Shown piece after piece: positions 52,170-62,511 of a stretch of 62,511 bases of DNA. The stretch spans positions 1 through 62,511 of the forward strand of contig NIVC01003625.1 of the NCBI GenBank assembly GCA_002269645.1, in the 5' to 3' direction. The notes under the pieces are model-generated. The model searched no databases and was not told where the DNA came from. It saw only the letters and a program-made list of their open reading frames with translations. Source of the stretch: Macrostomum lignano (lineage: Eukaryota). Positions within the stretch are counted from its first letter, which is position 1, and each line of letters begins with the position of its first letter. The translations under genes were made by a program, and so were the position numbers.

Positions 52170-52370
52170 AGGCTGCTGAACTGCCAGATCAGCTGTGCGG
52201 TGTCGAGCAGAGCCGCTGGCATCCAAGGCGATCCCAGCAGGCACTGCCAGATCAGCTGTGCGGTGTCGAGCAGAGCCGGTGGCATCCAAGGCGATCCCAG
52301 CAGGCACTGCCAGATCAGCGGTGTGGTGTCGAGCAGAGCCGGTGGCATCCAAGGCGATCCCAGCAGGCAC
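52170..52370. repeat. Three ~63-bp GC-rich tandem repeats, possibly coding
   Basis: Unit CTGCCAGATCAGCTGTGCGGTGTCGAGCAGAGCCGGTGGCATCCAAGGCGATCCCAGCAGGCA; open in several frames. Confidence 0.7.
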
Positions 52371-52869
52371 AGAGGTGTAAAAATTGCGGGATTCGTGTCC
52401 AGCACTGCCTGGCTGTGCTGCCGCTGCCATCAAATCCACTGCTGCCTGACTGCCCCAGCTGAAGTCCAGTCAGTGCCGGACACAGTTATTAATATTTATT
52501 GCTAAGAATTCAGCAGTGAGCAGCACATTGCTGACTGCTGTCTGATTTGGTGCGAGTTCAGACTCAAGGACCGATTGTTGCTATGCCAATTGCTGTCGGC
52601 TGACAACTGCGAAGTCTTGTTGCTATGCTCAAAAAATCAGTACTGATCATAAATCATTACCGTCTGGCACCTGTGTGATCAGCCGGTTCCGCTTGAGCCG
52701 CCAGGCTGAGCCGCTGAATCGGTGGGCAGAAGTGGTTTGTCTCAGACCCGGCCGACTCTTGGCTATAGACAGCGGCAGGCTGCATCAGTTGGAGTACGGC
52801 AGCTGGGGCTTCCAGTCCGCCTGTCTGTCCGATTGCTGCAGCTGGAGACAGGCGTCTCAGCTCAATCGG

Positions 52870-54540
52870 TTGCTGGTGAACCATTGCCCGATGCACCTAT
52901 CCCACTGAGGCGATACTTACCGAGACATTCGGCGAAGACATCCGAAAACTGACGGACCAGCTCAGTTGCCATATCGTTAGGTGCTGCGATCAACGAGTTG
53001 ACGGGTGCTGTCAAGCGAGGCCAGTCTAGGCGGATGACGGTTAGCCAGTTGCGTCCCAGGAGTCGAGCGCTGCCTTCAGACACCACGAGTAGCGGCAGAG
53101 AAGCTACCTGCCCTTCGTAAGTGACCTTCACAGTTACTTCTCCGATCGGAGAGAACTCCTGGTCCGTGTAGGTTCGCAGAGTCGTCTTGGACGGATGCAG
53201 TCGCAGATGAGACAGATGGCTATCATAGAATGCCTTGGGAACGAGACTTACAGCAGATCATGTGTCCAGCTAAAAATGAGATTGCGCTTCCTCGACTTGT
53301 AGAGGCACCAGAATCGGGGACTTGGAAGTCATTGAGACATGAAATATTGGCTCTTCCTCGTAGTTTTCCTCGTCGTACTGAGACCCGGTTTCATTCTCCT
53401 CCAGGAGTTTCACAGATTTTGCTGACCTGCAAACCTTCTTAATGTGGCCAACCTCCCCGCAAGCATGGCATTTCGAATTACGGAATTTACAGTTCTGACG
53501 CGAATGTGGACCTCCACAGCTGTCGCAGGTGCCTGGCTTGGATGCTGATCCAGCGGGACCAGAGTGTTGGCTGATGTTGTACTGTGCTCTCGGGCGCGCC
53601 ACTGATGGATTCGCGCTGACTCGATTGGTTGCTGAAGTGTGCGCCATCTCGCTTGAAGATTTGTGAGCAGCTTCGAGGTCCAAGGCCAGTTTGATCAGCC
53701 CAGCGTACGAATGATCCAAACTCTCGAGTAGCTTAAAGCGGAAAGTGTCGCTTCTCATTCTCACCAATGGCAGTAAGAAAGATAGCACGCTTGGCCTCGG
53801 CAGTCTCAACTTTGTTGCAAATACTCAGCAACGGTCAAAAGTTCCACCCTTCAAGCGAGATTATTTCTTTCATTCATTGCGAGTGACGCAACTTTCGCAC
53901 GTGCAAAGCTTATTGCCTCTTGGGGGGGGGGCTTGAGTCTGCTTAATGGTCCAGGATTACTCGTACAACGCGCCGTCACACCAAGCCGGTGATGTTAGTC
54001 AACCGAAAGAACAGCTACAGCTGCGCACTCGCGCTGGCCTTCCCGCTCTCCAGACATGAGTCCCATCGAGCATGTCTGGGACCTCCTAAAACACAGCATT
54101 CGGAAAGGAATCCACCACACAATGTTTCGGAGCTGCGTCATGCCATTGGAAATGCTTGGCAACAGCTTCCCAAGGACTTTCTGCGCCGCCTTATCCTGGG
54201 GATGCCCCGCAGAGTCGCAACACTTCTGCGTGTGAGGGAGTCCCAGACTCGTTACGAGCGTATTAATCATCGCGATTCTAACTGAATTTTGCATAAAAAA
54301 AACGTTTATTATTGATTCAATCAGCTTTCCCTTCCTCGCGGCGGCTTAGTTACGTAACTTGAGGGTTGAATTGCGAGTGAGAATTTGTCGCAATAAGTGA
54401 GAAAATTTTCATCTCGCTTGGTGGGTGGAACTTTTGAATGTTGCTGAGTATATGAAATATTGGTTCATGCGCTCAGTGTAGATTTCAAGGTCTGATTCAG
54501 CAGAAAGTTCTGGAATTTGGCCAAAAGTCCGCATCATCAT
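52870..54540 (-). mobile_element. Degenerate Ty3/Gypsy (K02A2.6/Mag-like) gag-protease fragment, interrupted by a Tc1 derivative
   Basis: gag N-terminus MRTFGQIPELSAESDLEIYTERMNQYF (54540-54453) resumes as CNKVETAEAKRAIFLTAIG after 53821. Zinc knuckles CDSCGGPHSRQNC and CHACGEVGHIKKVC. Protease LDT*SAVS has stops; LLGRNWL follows. No LTRs identified. Confidence 0.87.
53824..54448 (+). mobile_element. Internally deleted Tc1/mariner element (625 bp) nested in Gypsy gag
   Basis: TIRs CTCAGCAAC..CAAAAGTTCCACC at both ends with TA flanks. Transposase C-terminus WPSRSPDMSPIEHVWDLLK (from 54035), then a frameshift to ELRHAIGNAWQQLP...LILGMPRRV. Confidence 0.88.
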
Positions 54541-54900
54541 TGTGATGAATTGAAATTAAGACGAAGCGATTGAATTGGCTTGAGCCGCAAGTCGTATACA
54601 GCGTTTCTAAACTCACGCGTTGTCCCTCTATATTGTATTATTGAACTGAGTAGACAAACGATGTACCTTGCGAAGAAGTACTGTACGTATTATAGTAAAC
54701 GATCAGCTCAGTGAAGGGGAGGGTCTAGAATGGTAAGCTAAAATTTAGCAGCCAAACGCACAAGGCGGTACAGTTCAAAGGTATAAGATAGTCAATTCAC
54801 AGAAATCAGTAAATTTGATGATAATGTAACTCCATTTTTAAAACAAGACGAATCAAACTTTCACTATCAGACCCATTCGCCGTTCTGCTTCACTGTGATT

Positions 54901-56181
54901 ATGAACATTTCCGCACTGCCAACACCGAAAGCACCGTTCAAAAAATGGAAAGCAGCGATTGTAATGGCATTCTTTCTTTTAATTGGCTATGCCAGTTTTG
55001 TACTCTTACTGCCTTCGACTTCGTCTACCTTCACCTTCCTGATCGACTGGAGTTCCATCAAAGCAAGGGATTTACGAACGTCGTCAACCGTTTGCGCCAA
55101 CGAGAGTTGCCGTCGGTGCAATAAGCGCATGGCTTCCCGCGATGGCTTCCCGATACCGAAAATTCGGCACATCCTCTGGCGCAGTGACTCCGTCTCGAAA
55201 TACTTTGCAGAGCACCTGAAATCCTGGCAAAGAATTCATTCCGACTGGACCTACGTGCTGTGGCGCGACCAGGACCTGAAGCCATTCGTGGCGGCGAACT
55301 TCTCCGAACTGCTGGACAAGTTCAGGTCACTGAAGAAGAAAATCATGAAAATTGACATGATTCGCTACATGCTGCTTTTCAGGGTTTGACCATTGTTTTT
55401 AATTAAAAAACGCTAAAAAAATCTTGCTAATCGCGATCTTAACGAAAGATTATTGCAAAGAATTAAAAAAGCTTCAATGTCAGAGCAAACAACCTTTCCA
55501 ATCGCGCAGCTCGGCGGCACCTACGCGGACCTGAACTACAGCCTGACGCGAAACCTGGACGAGTTTCGTCGCTTCTACGCAGTGGTCACTCGCGAGCCGG
55601 AGCCGCACTCGCTGCAGTTGTTCGGGCCTCACTTGGCCAGTCCCGCCTTCCTCATGTCGGCACCAGGGCACAAGTTCTACAGGTTCGTGCTCGACCAGCT
55701 GTCTCTCATTCAGCCGGATTCGGACGTTCTCGACTTTGGTCGACCAGTTGGACTGACGAGAATCTTGGAGCGGTACGAGGCCAAGCATCCGCTGACAAAC
55801 GACTCGATGGAAACGCTGTACATGCCGCCATCGTTCAGCTTCTATCCGTACGAGAACAACTCTTTGAGCGGCGTTTCTGAGGTTTTTCGAAACTTCCGAC
55901 TATATATGATGGGTGATTGCTGCAGGAATCTGAACGACACCAAAGACCCCAGCATGCAGCTTCTCAGAACGGTGAAGAACCTGACGCAGCTGTGCTCAAA
56001 CATCACCAATTACAACCCGGTCACTGACTCGTCACCAACTGTGTACGCCGTTCACGACATGCGGAAGAGCGGCTCGAGCTGGGTTGGAGTTCCGGGACAG
56101 GAGTACTTCTCTGAACAGAAGATCAATTTTGCTCAAGTCGTGAAAGGCATTGTTTTTGGTTCTAACTTTATTGGAGTTTAA
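54901..56181 (+). CDS. GT32-like (Gly_transf_sug, SUR1/OCH1-type) type II membrane glycosyltransferase, 2 exons, ~384 aa
   Basis: Exons 54901-55383 and 55510-56181 (AGG|GTTTGA...GCGCAG|CTC, phase 0). N-terminal TM segment; motifs IPKIRHILW, SW..H.DWTYVLWRD, DMIRYMLLFR|LGGTYADLN. Confidence 0.88.
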
Positions 56182-56561
56182 CAACTGTTGATTCGTTAGC
56201 ATTGGTTTCAGCTGCACTTAAGCCGGATTATTTCTTGACAGAATAAACTAATGAAGCAGAGAATGTATTATAATATTATAATGTAAATCATAAATGACGT
56301 CATACACATGAAGTCCTAAAATGATCATAAATCTTATAGACCCGGAAACTTTTCTTTTTATTAGAAAGTACGTACATGCATAGTTAAGCCAAGGATCATG
56401 AGTAGTTATGGACTGGACTTCTAGTCTAGGAGTCCTTGATTTAAGAATGACCATGAGTTTTCAAATTGTCACTCAAACTACCAAAGCTGGACGGCGAGTA
56501 CTCAAATAACGCTCTCTTGAACTTTCAATTCGAAAGCTCATCTTGCGCAGCGCATCTGAAG

Positions 56562-56743
56562 GCTGCGTACGGCTGTTCAGTCCAAGGACTGGGGGGTCGC
56601 CACACACACCCTCAATTTATACCCCAGAGAGTTAAGTGTGTCTTGCTCAAGGAAGGACACAAATTGTTCCGAGTTGGGTCGAGAATCGAAGCCCCGACCT
56701 TCAGTTATGTATCCAACGGTACAACCGCTTAGGCTAAACCCCT
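56562..56743 (-). mobile_element. tRNA-derived CORE-type SINE with internal deletion
   Basis: The reverse complement matches the head and tail of 11746-11986 but lacks the segment between TTAACTCT and CTGGGGTA. Confidence 0.8.
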
Positions 56744-57261
56744 GAGAGAGAGAAGTACCCGCTTTAATATTGATATGAAGTTGAAATGGAGAGATTCACG
56801 GGTGTCGTATTTAAAATAACTTTTGAAATGAGTTTTCATATTTTATTGAAATATCATGTTGCCAAAATACGAGAGGCGCTCATAAATAAATTCTGGCACG
56901 TTTAATCCGAGATAAAAAACATAAATATAGTTGCAGACTTTACGGAAACAACACTACTTATTTTTACAGCATACGAGCGTATCCATATCAGACATATATT
57001 TCAACTGTTTAGTATTGCATCGATCAATGTCCTATTGAGCAGTTCCACTTAAAACACTGTACAATTATCTGTGTTTATGTTACATCAAATAAAGTTATAA
57101 AAACCCAAATATATTAATAATTAGGCCAGTGTACGTACTACACTAACTATTCGACAAAAGTCGGTCTTTGTACATGCAACTTGTAAACTCGAATTTGACA
57201 ATTTTTTCTCTCCATCAGCTTTTTTGCAAGGACAGGAAATCTCGTTTCTTGGAAAATTTTT

Positions 57262-57422
57262 GAAGGCAGGTGTTCTCCAAAGAAATACACTACAGAGATA
57301 GGGAGTTTTCCTTTTTTCAGCAAAAATACTGTTATTGCTTTTGATAGGAGGCGGATCCAGTGTTCATCTTTTTGATATGTTGTGCCTTTCTTATTGCTCT
57401 ATCGATATTCATAGAGCTTTTC
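57262..57422 (+). repeat. Dispersed ~160-bp repeat, second copy at 61967-62123
   Basis: Shared AAATACACTACAGAGATAGG...TTGCTTTTGATAGGAGGC.GATCCAGTGTTCATCTTTT...TTCTTATTGCTCTATCGATAT; partial third copy at 62142-62180. Confidence 0.85.
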
Positions 57423-57616
57423 GTTCAGAAAATTAGGATTCTATGTTAATTTTTTATTTTACCTTCGTCGTCCTTGCTTTTTTTCGAATTTTGTTGTCAA
57501 ATTCAATTCTTCTTAGTAAAGTTATTGTAAAAATTGAGCACGAGAACTGACTTTATAGTTGAGCCTTTTTAGTTTCAATTTGTTTTGATGAGATCAACGT
57601 GTTTCCAAATTGAAAA

Positions 57617-60362
57617 CTATTGATCCTGAAAGTCTTCACCAGCATGTTCTTCACAGTCTCGCCCTTCGTCCTCCTCATCATCTTCCTCCAGGTAGTCGAG
57701 CACCTGGTCGTCGCTGCAGCAGCTGCTGCCGTCATCTTCCGAGTACGCCGAATACAGCGATGCAGACGATGAGGTCGGAGTTGAAGTCGACATCGGCGCA
57801 GCGTCGAACGCTCCAGCACCTTCGAAAGCTGACTCAGAGGCGCCGCCCATCAGTGTTGGCGAGTTGCTCCTTGACCTCTGCAGATCTCCCGCGGAGTAGA
57901 AGTGGTCGTCGTCGTCCGCTCTGGCCAGCTGCTGCTGCTGCTGCAGGGAGGCAGCCGCCGCTGTCGCGGTAGCGTCACCACTGGACGCTTGAACTTCGTA
58001 GTCAACAGACTGGTTGTAGAGAATCTCTGAGGGGAGGAAGTTATCAATTAAGTGGGTGCATGTTTTGGAGTCTGTTTACTACATTTTACATTGGTGACAA
58101 AGCGAAATCATCTATTTTTCATTATTGTGATCTTTTGCATAATTTTATAAATGAAAAGTTTCTCCATGTATGGCATGTCCCTTATGTACGATAGCTTGTC
58201 CCATCGGTAGATCATCTAATTGATAGCCTGTCCCATCGGTAGCTCATCTAATGGATAGCCTGTCCCATCGGTAGCTCATCTAATGGATAGCCTGTCCCAT
58301 CGGTAACTCATCTAACGGATAGCCGGTCCCATCGATAACTCATCTAATGGATAGCCTGTCCCATCGATAGCCTGTCCCATCGATAGTCTGTCCCATCGAT
58401 AGCCTGTCCCATCGATAGCCTGTCCCATCGATAGTCTGTCCCATCGATAGTCTGTCCCATCGATAGCCTGTCCCATCGATAGCCTGTCCCATCGATAGCC
58501 TGTCCCATCGATAGCCTGTTCCATCGGTAGCTCATCTAATGGATAGCCTGTCCCATCGATAGCCTGTCCCATCGATAGCCTGTCCCATCGATAGCCTGTC
58601 CCATCGGTAGCTCATCTAATGGATAGCCTGTCCCATCGATAGCCTGTCCCATCGATAGCCTGTCCCATCGGTATTAGTCTTTCACCAATAGGCAAATCAC
58701 TACCATATTCTCGGTTGGACTGCTCACCGCGATTCCTAGTCGGATCCTCCCTGCCAAGGTCTCCGTGATCGTAGTAGCCCACACCCGTAGCTGCGCCCAG
58801 ATTCTCCACCTCATCTCGGTGGCTCTCTTGTCTCAGCCGTTCGATTCGCTTCTCTACCAGCGGGTCCAGCCGATTGGGAGCGCCAGCAAAGTCGGTGAAG
58901 TCCCCGAGTTCATTATAATCGGCTTCGCTGCCATCGAGCGAGTTCGATTTCGGATCTCTGTTCAGTGGATTTCGATGAGCAGTTTTGTTTGTTTTACTTG
59001 CATGACTTCAAGATTCGCAATAGTGTTTTCTAACGGTTTTCGTTGCTTTTTTAATGAAGTACGTTACAAAGGGTGTCCCAATGCAATGTCCCCTTGGTGC
59101 TGGCGTTTCTTGGTGCTGGCGCCCCTTGGTGCTGGCGCCCCTTGGTGCTGGCGCCCCTTGGTGCTGGCGCCCCTTGGTGCTGGCGCCCCTTGGTGCTGGC
59201 GCCCCTTGGTGCTGGCGCCCCTTGGTGCTGGCGCCCCTTGGTGCTGGCGCCCCTTGGTGCTGGCGCCCCTTGGTGCTGGCGCCCTTGGTGCTGGCGCCCC
59301 TTGGTGCTGGCGCCCCTTGGTGCTGGCGCCCCTTGGTGCTGGCGCCCCTTGGTGCTGGCGCCCCTTGGTGCTGGCGCCCCTTGGTGCTGGCGCCCCTTGG
59401 TGCTGGCGCCCCTTGGTGCTGGCGCCCCTTGGTGCTGGCGCCCCTTGGTGCTGGCGCCCCTTGGTGCTGGCGCCCCTTGGTGCTGGCGCCCCTTGGTGCT
59501 GGCGCCCCTTGGTGCTGGCGCCCCAAGGTGCTGGTGCCCCTTGGTGCTAGCGCCCCTTGGTGCTGGCGCCCCTTGGTGCTGGCGCCCCTTGGTGCTGGCG
59601 CCCCTTGGTGCTGGCGCCCCTTGGTGCTGGCGCCCCTTGGTGCTGGCGCCCCTTGGTGCTGGCGCCCCTTGGTGCTGGCGCCCCTTGGTGCTGGCGCCCC
59701 TTTTTGCTAGAACCCCTTGGTGCAAAACTCCTTGGTGCAAAACTCCTTGGTGCAAAACCCCTCACTATTGCCAACACCTGCACTTCCCTCCCCCAATAAA
59801 AAATCCTGCCTAATGCTTGTACAATGCACGTACAATGTACCTGCAAATTTCAGGCACAGTAGCGTAGTACAGCAGCCTTCAAGACTTGATTTTATTTTCG
59901 TCAGTCACGCGCATATACTGTGCTTCAGCGATCTGTTCCCAGGTGCATGAACTGCTCGAAAAGACTGCGCAATAGTCAAACACGTCACTACAAATAACTC
60001 TAAGTACTTCTTTCTTACCGAGTGATATTGGCAAACTCTGCAACACTGCCTTCTGCAGACTTCAGCAACTGCCGACCAAGTAGTGCCTTGGCATTGTCGA
60101 CTGTCTTAGCCTGCAAATGCTGGCAGCTTTCAGCAAATGCCAGCAGCTCCTCGCGTCTGCTCTCCCTCCGCAGCTCTTCACGCTCGCGAATTCGTTGCAC
60201 AAACGCCGAGTTGCCCATCTCGACTTCAGGCGCGCCTGCGGAGCCGTTTGACTTTCTCTTATACCGCAACCTGCTTGATCCAATGTATTTTTATAGGGCT
60301 TATATGGGGCAGAAAAGCCATAAGGGTGTGAAGCTAAATTGGAACTGGCTTGTTTACTTCAT
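57617..60362 (-). CDS. Putative 4-exon orphan gene, ~298 aa, acidic and low-complexity
   Basis: Exons 60362-60358, 60270-60019, 58957-58728, 58026-57617 (897 nt; phases 2,2,1; donors GTAAAC, GTAAGA, GTGAGC). Coiled-coil-like N-part, poly-Q and a D/E-rich tail. Exon 1 is the least certain. Confidence 0.65.
58195..58670. repeat. 16-bp minisatellite in an intron of the orphan gene
   Basis: Unit ATCGATAGCCTGTCCC with longer GGTAGCTCATCTAATG variants. Confidence 0.93.
59093..59760. repeat. 16-bp GC-rich minisatellite in an intron of the orphan gene
   Basis: Unit GGTGCTGGCGCCCCTT, ~40 copies. Confidence 0.96.
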
Positions 60363-60750
60363 GACTGGCTGGCAGAAGTCACGCGCGCACCTGTGTGTGC
60401 ATGCGCAGCGCCTTTCACCTTTCCGGTCGAGTTTTAGCGGCAAAACAGTGCGTATTTTTCACTTTAATCAAAAAATTCAACCACAGTTTTAAATGAAAAA
60501 TAATCTTGAATTTGCCTAGCAAATAAACAAATTCAGACATCGAAAAACTGATCGCATCAGCAAAATTTTTCTTCAACATCAAAACCAGCTTTGCAAGTTT
60601 TCTTTAGATTTAGAACTAAAAGCAAGCAAATGCACTTCCAAGTTTGTAGCCAACTTTAACAAACCCTTAACCTCCTAGTAACAATTAAATCGACATATTT
60701 GCTCTCCAGTTTACAAGGAGTATCCAGTACATCCGTCAACCTACTAGTCG

Positions 60751-61542
60751 TCATCTTCGCAGCATGGCTTCCACAATGCTCAGGTAGTCTCCTCGAACCC
60801 ACAAAGTATCCCAGTCGTAAAATTTGCTCGATTCAGCCGTTGCCGTGTGGTCGCCGACAGCAGAGTGTAGTTTCTCCTTGCAAAGAACTCGACTATCGTG
60901 CGGGTAGTTCGGACTCTCAGACGCCGGAATTGAATGACTCGCCCGCCACCACTCCATCTGCACTACCACAATGCGATGCTCACTGAAGAGTCGCTGGCCC
61001 GTACTCAGGAAGATGTTCTCGCTGGTCTCAATGTCAATCTTTGCCACTACCAGGTCTGTTGAAATCAGCGGCAGGAGGTCGTCTCCGGTGGCTGTCATCA
61101 CGGGCACAGTGTCGATGGCCCAGAAGCCGCCTTCCGCATCGAACTTATTCTCGGCGCCAGCTCCTCCGACGTTGCAGAACTTTGTAGAGAATTGCAGGTA
61201 GCGTAGCCCGACCCGGTCGGAGAAGTAGGCCCACACGAGGGCCAGGTGAGGATCGGGTGAGGGCAACCGCATGGCCGAAGCTGCCAGACGAATCCGAGCG
61301 AGGTTGCGCAAATTCGCGTCCACTGCCACCGTGATCAGACCGGCGTCTCGTGCAGACAGGCTGTACACTCCAATGTTGCTGCCCACGTCCAGGAAGGAGA
61401 CGGTGCGGCCGTTTCCTTTTAAATTTAGGCTGATGTGGATCAACTGATGGACAAGGACCGGCTCCCAGGTGTGTCGTCTGGCAATCGATTGGGAGATAAA
61501 GTCGTATTGTAGCCGTAAATTGGTATCAAACGATTCGTAGCT
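60751..61542 (-). CDS. FkbM-family (Methyltransf_21) SAM-dependent methyltransferase, main exon; 5' end not located
   Basis: TAACAG|AGC acceptor; DFISQSIARRHTWEP, FLDVGSNIGVYSL (SAM motif I), KIDIETSE (KIDxEGxE-like) and VQMEW; stop at 60751. Confidence 0.85.
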   Translation of the reverse strand, partial: SYESFDTNLRLQYDFISQSIARRHTWEPVLVHQLIHISLNLKGNGRTVSFLDVGSNIGVYSLSARDAGLITVAVDANLRNLARIRLAASAMRLPSPDPHLALVWAYFSDRVGLRYLQFSTKFCNVGGAGAENKFDAEGGFWAIDTVPVMTATGDDLLPLISTDLVVAKIDIETSENIFLSTGQRLFSEHRIVVVQMEWWRASHSIPASESPNYPHDSRVLCKEKLHSAVGDHTATAESSKFYDWDTLWVRGDYLSIVEAMLRR

Positions 61543-62182
61543 CTGTTATGAAGCTTCAATTGAACTGCTAGTTTGGATACTTACTGCAATTTAAGCGAGT
61601 TTTAATGCTTGCATGTAGTTATAAGGTACTAAACCTATCACTTCTAGTGCTGCTTAGTGAAAAGTCATGTCTCTAACTGATGCATCTGGATATTCTTAAG
61701 TGCAGAGCAGATGGTAAAAGTGCCGCGGGTGATTCCGTGAGCGTTGACATTAACTTTGGAGCTTTGTGCGCGGAAATTCGCCAGTGATCGAGTGGTTGTG
61801 CTCAGGACAGAATTGCCGTCGTTGCTGGTTGTGGAGGATTTGTTTTAATTCGGAGATGTTTTTAAAGGATTCCTCTTTAAAGGCTTTCCGTACGCGATGC
61901 TTTATGACAAGGACTACTCAAGTAACATATATAGGACGTTACACTCGAATCCATCGTAAATGTTTTGAAGGCAACTTTCCGCCGAAAATACACTACAGAG
62001 ATAGGAGGTTTTAATTTTTTAGCACAAAAATTGTTATTGCTTTTGATAGGAGGCAGATCCAGTGTTCATCTTTTGATATGTTTGTGCCTTTCTTATTGCT
62101 CTATCGATATGCATAAAGCTTTTCAATCAGGAATAGTTTTAAAGGCAGGTTTCACCGGAAAAATACACTACGGAGATAGGAT

Positions 62183-62477
62183 ATTTCACGATTCTCAACA
62201 CTAAAATAGTGATTGGGTTTCTTAAGAGTGTCAGAGAAAGTTCTAATCACACTATTTGTGCCTCACACGCTGCTCTAACGACGCATTAAAACGATTTTTT
62301 TGTTAAATTGGTCTGTCACTTGAAAAAAAGTTTAAACCAATGACAAGTCCAATTTAACACGAAGAATCGGTTAATGCGTCGTTAGAGCAGCCTGTAAGGC
62401 ACAAAATAGTGTGATTAGAACTTTCTCTGACACTGTTAAGAGACCCATCACTATTTTAGTGTTGAATATTGTGAAAT
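62183..62477. mobile_element. ~295-bp palindromic MITE-like element
   Basis: About 113-bp imperfect inverted arms (ATTTCACGATTCTCAACACTAAAATAGTG... / ...CACTATTTTAGTGTTGAATATTGTGAAAT) with weaker inner complementarity. Confidence 0.8.
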
Positions 62478-62511
62478 TTTGCGTTTTGTGTTTTATTGTG
62501 TAAAAAAATCA

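Noticed and set aside
52490-54700. LTRs and primer-binding site for the Gypsy fragment
   Set aside because: The two flanks show no direct repeat and no clear TGG-type PBS.
59008-59846. GAPAPRGASTK / WCWRPLVLAP ORFs
   Set aside because: Translation of an intronic 16-bp minisatellite.

Overview
Repeat-rich eukaryotic (animal) DNA with GT-AG introns; no rRNA, CRISPR or prokaryotic operon is supported. The minisatellite-dense landscape resembles a flatworm such as Macrostomum, but that is inference only. Most long ORFs in the track are artefacts of micro- and minisatellites. Genes reconstructed by hand with phase-consistent splice sites are: a 5-exon PIG-W/GWT1 gene (minus, 12854-25975); an intronless 736-aa ankyrin-like repeat protein with a Cys-Cys pair in 18 of 21 repeats (30994-33204); a 6-exon DEG/ENaC channel (34429-38673); a tandemly duplicated 2-exon orphan gene; a GT32-like glycosyltransferase; a 4-exon acidic orphan gene; an FkbM-family methyltransferase exon; and a frameshifted ankyrin gene running off the left edge. 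Mobile DNA includes three CORE-type tRNA-derived SINEs, an RTE-like LINE 3' end, a dead Gypsy gag-protease with a Tc1 derivative nested inside, hAT- and Tc1-type MITEs, and a 5.3-kb tandem duplication with a templated junction. The most striking observation is that PIG-W exon 2 (211 nt, asymmetric phase) occurs in three identical copies inside a ~9-kb 17-bp minisatellite, so a functional mRNA must include exactly one copy.
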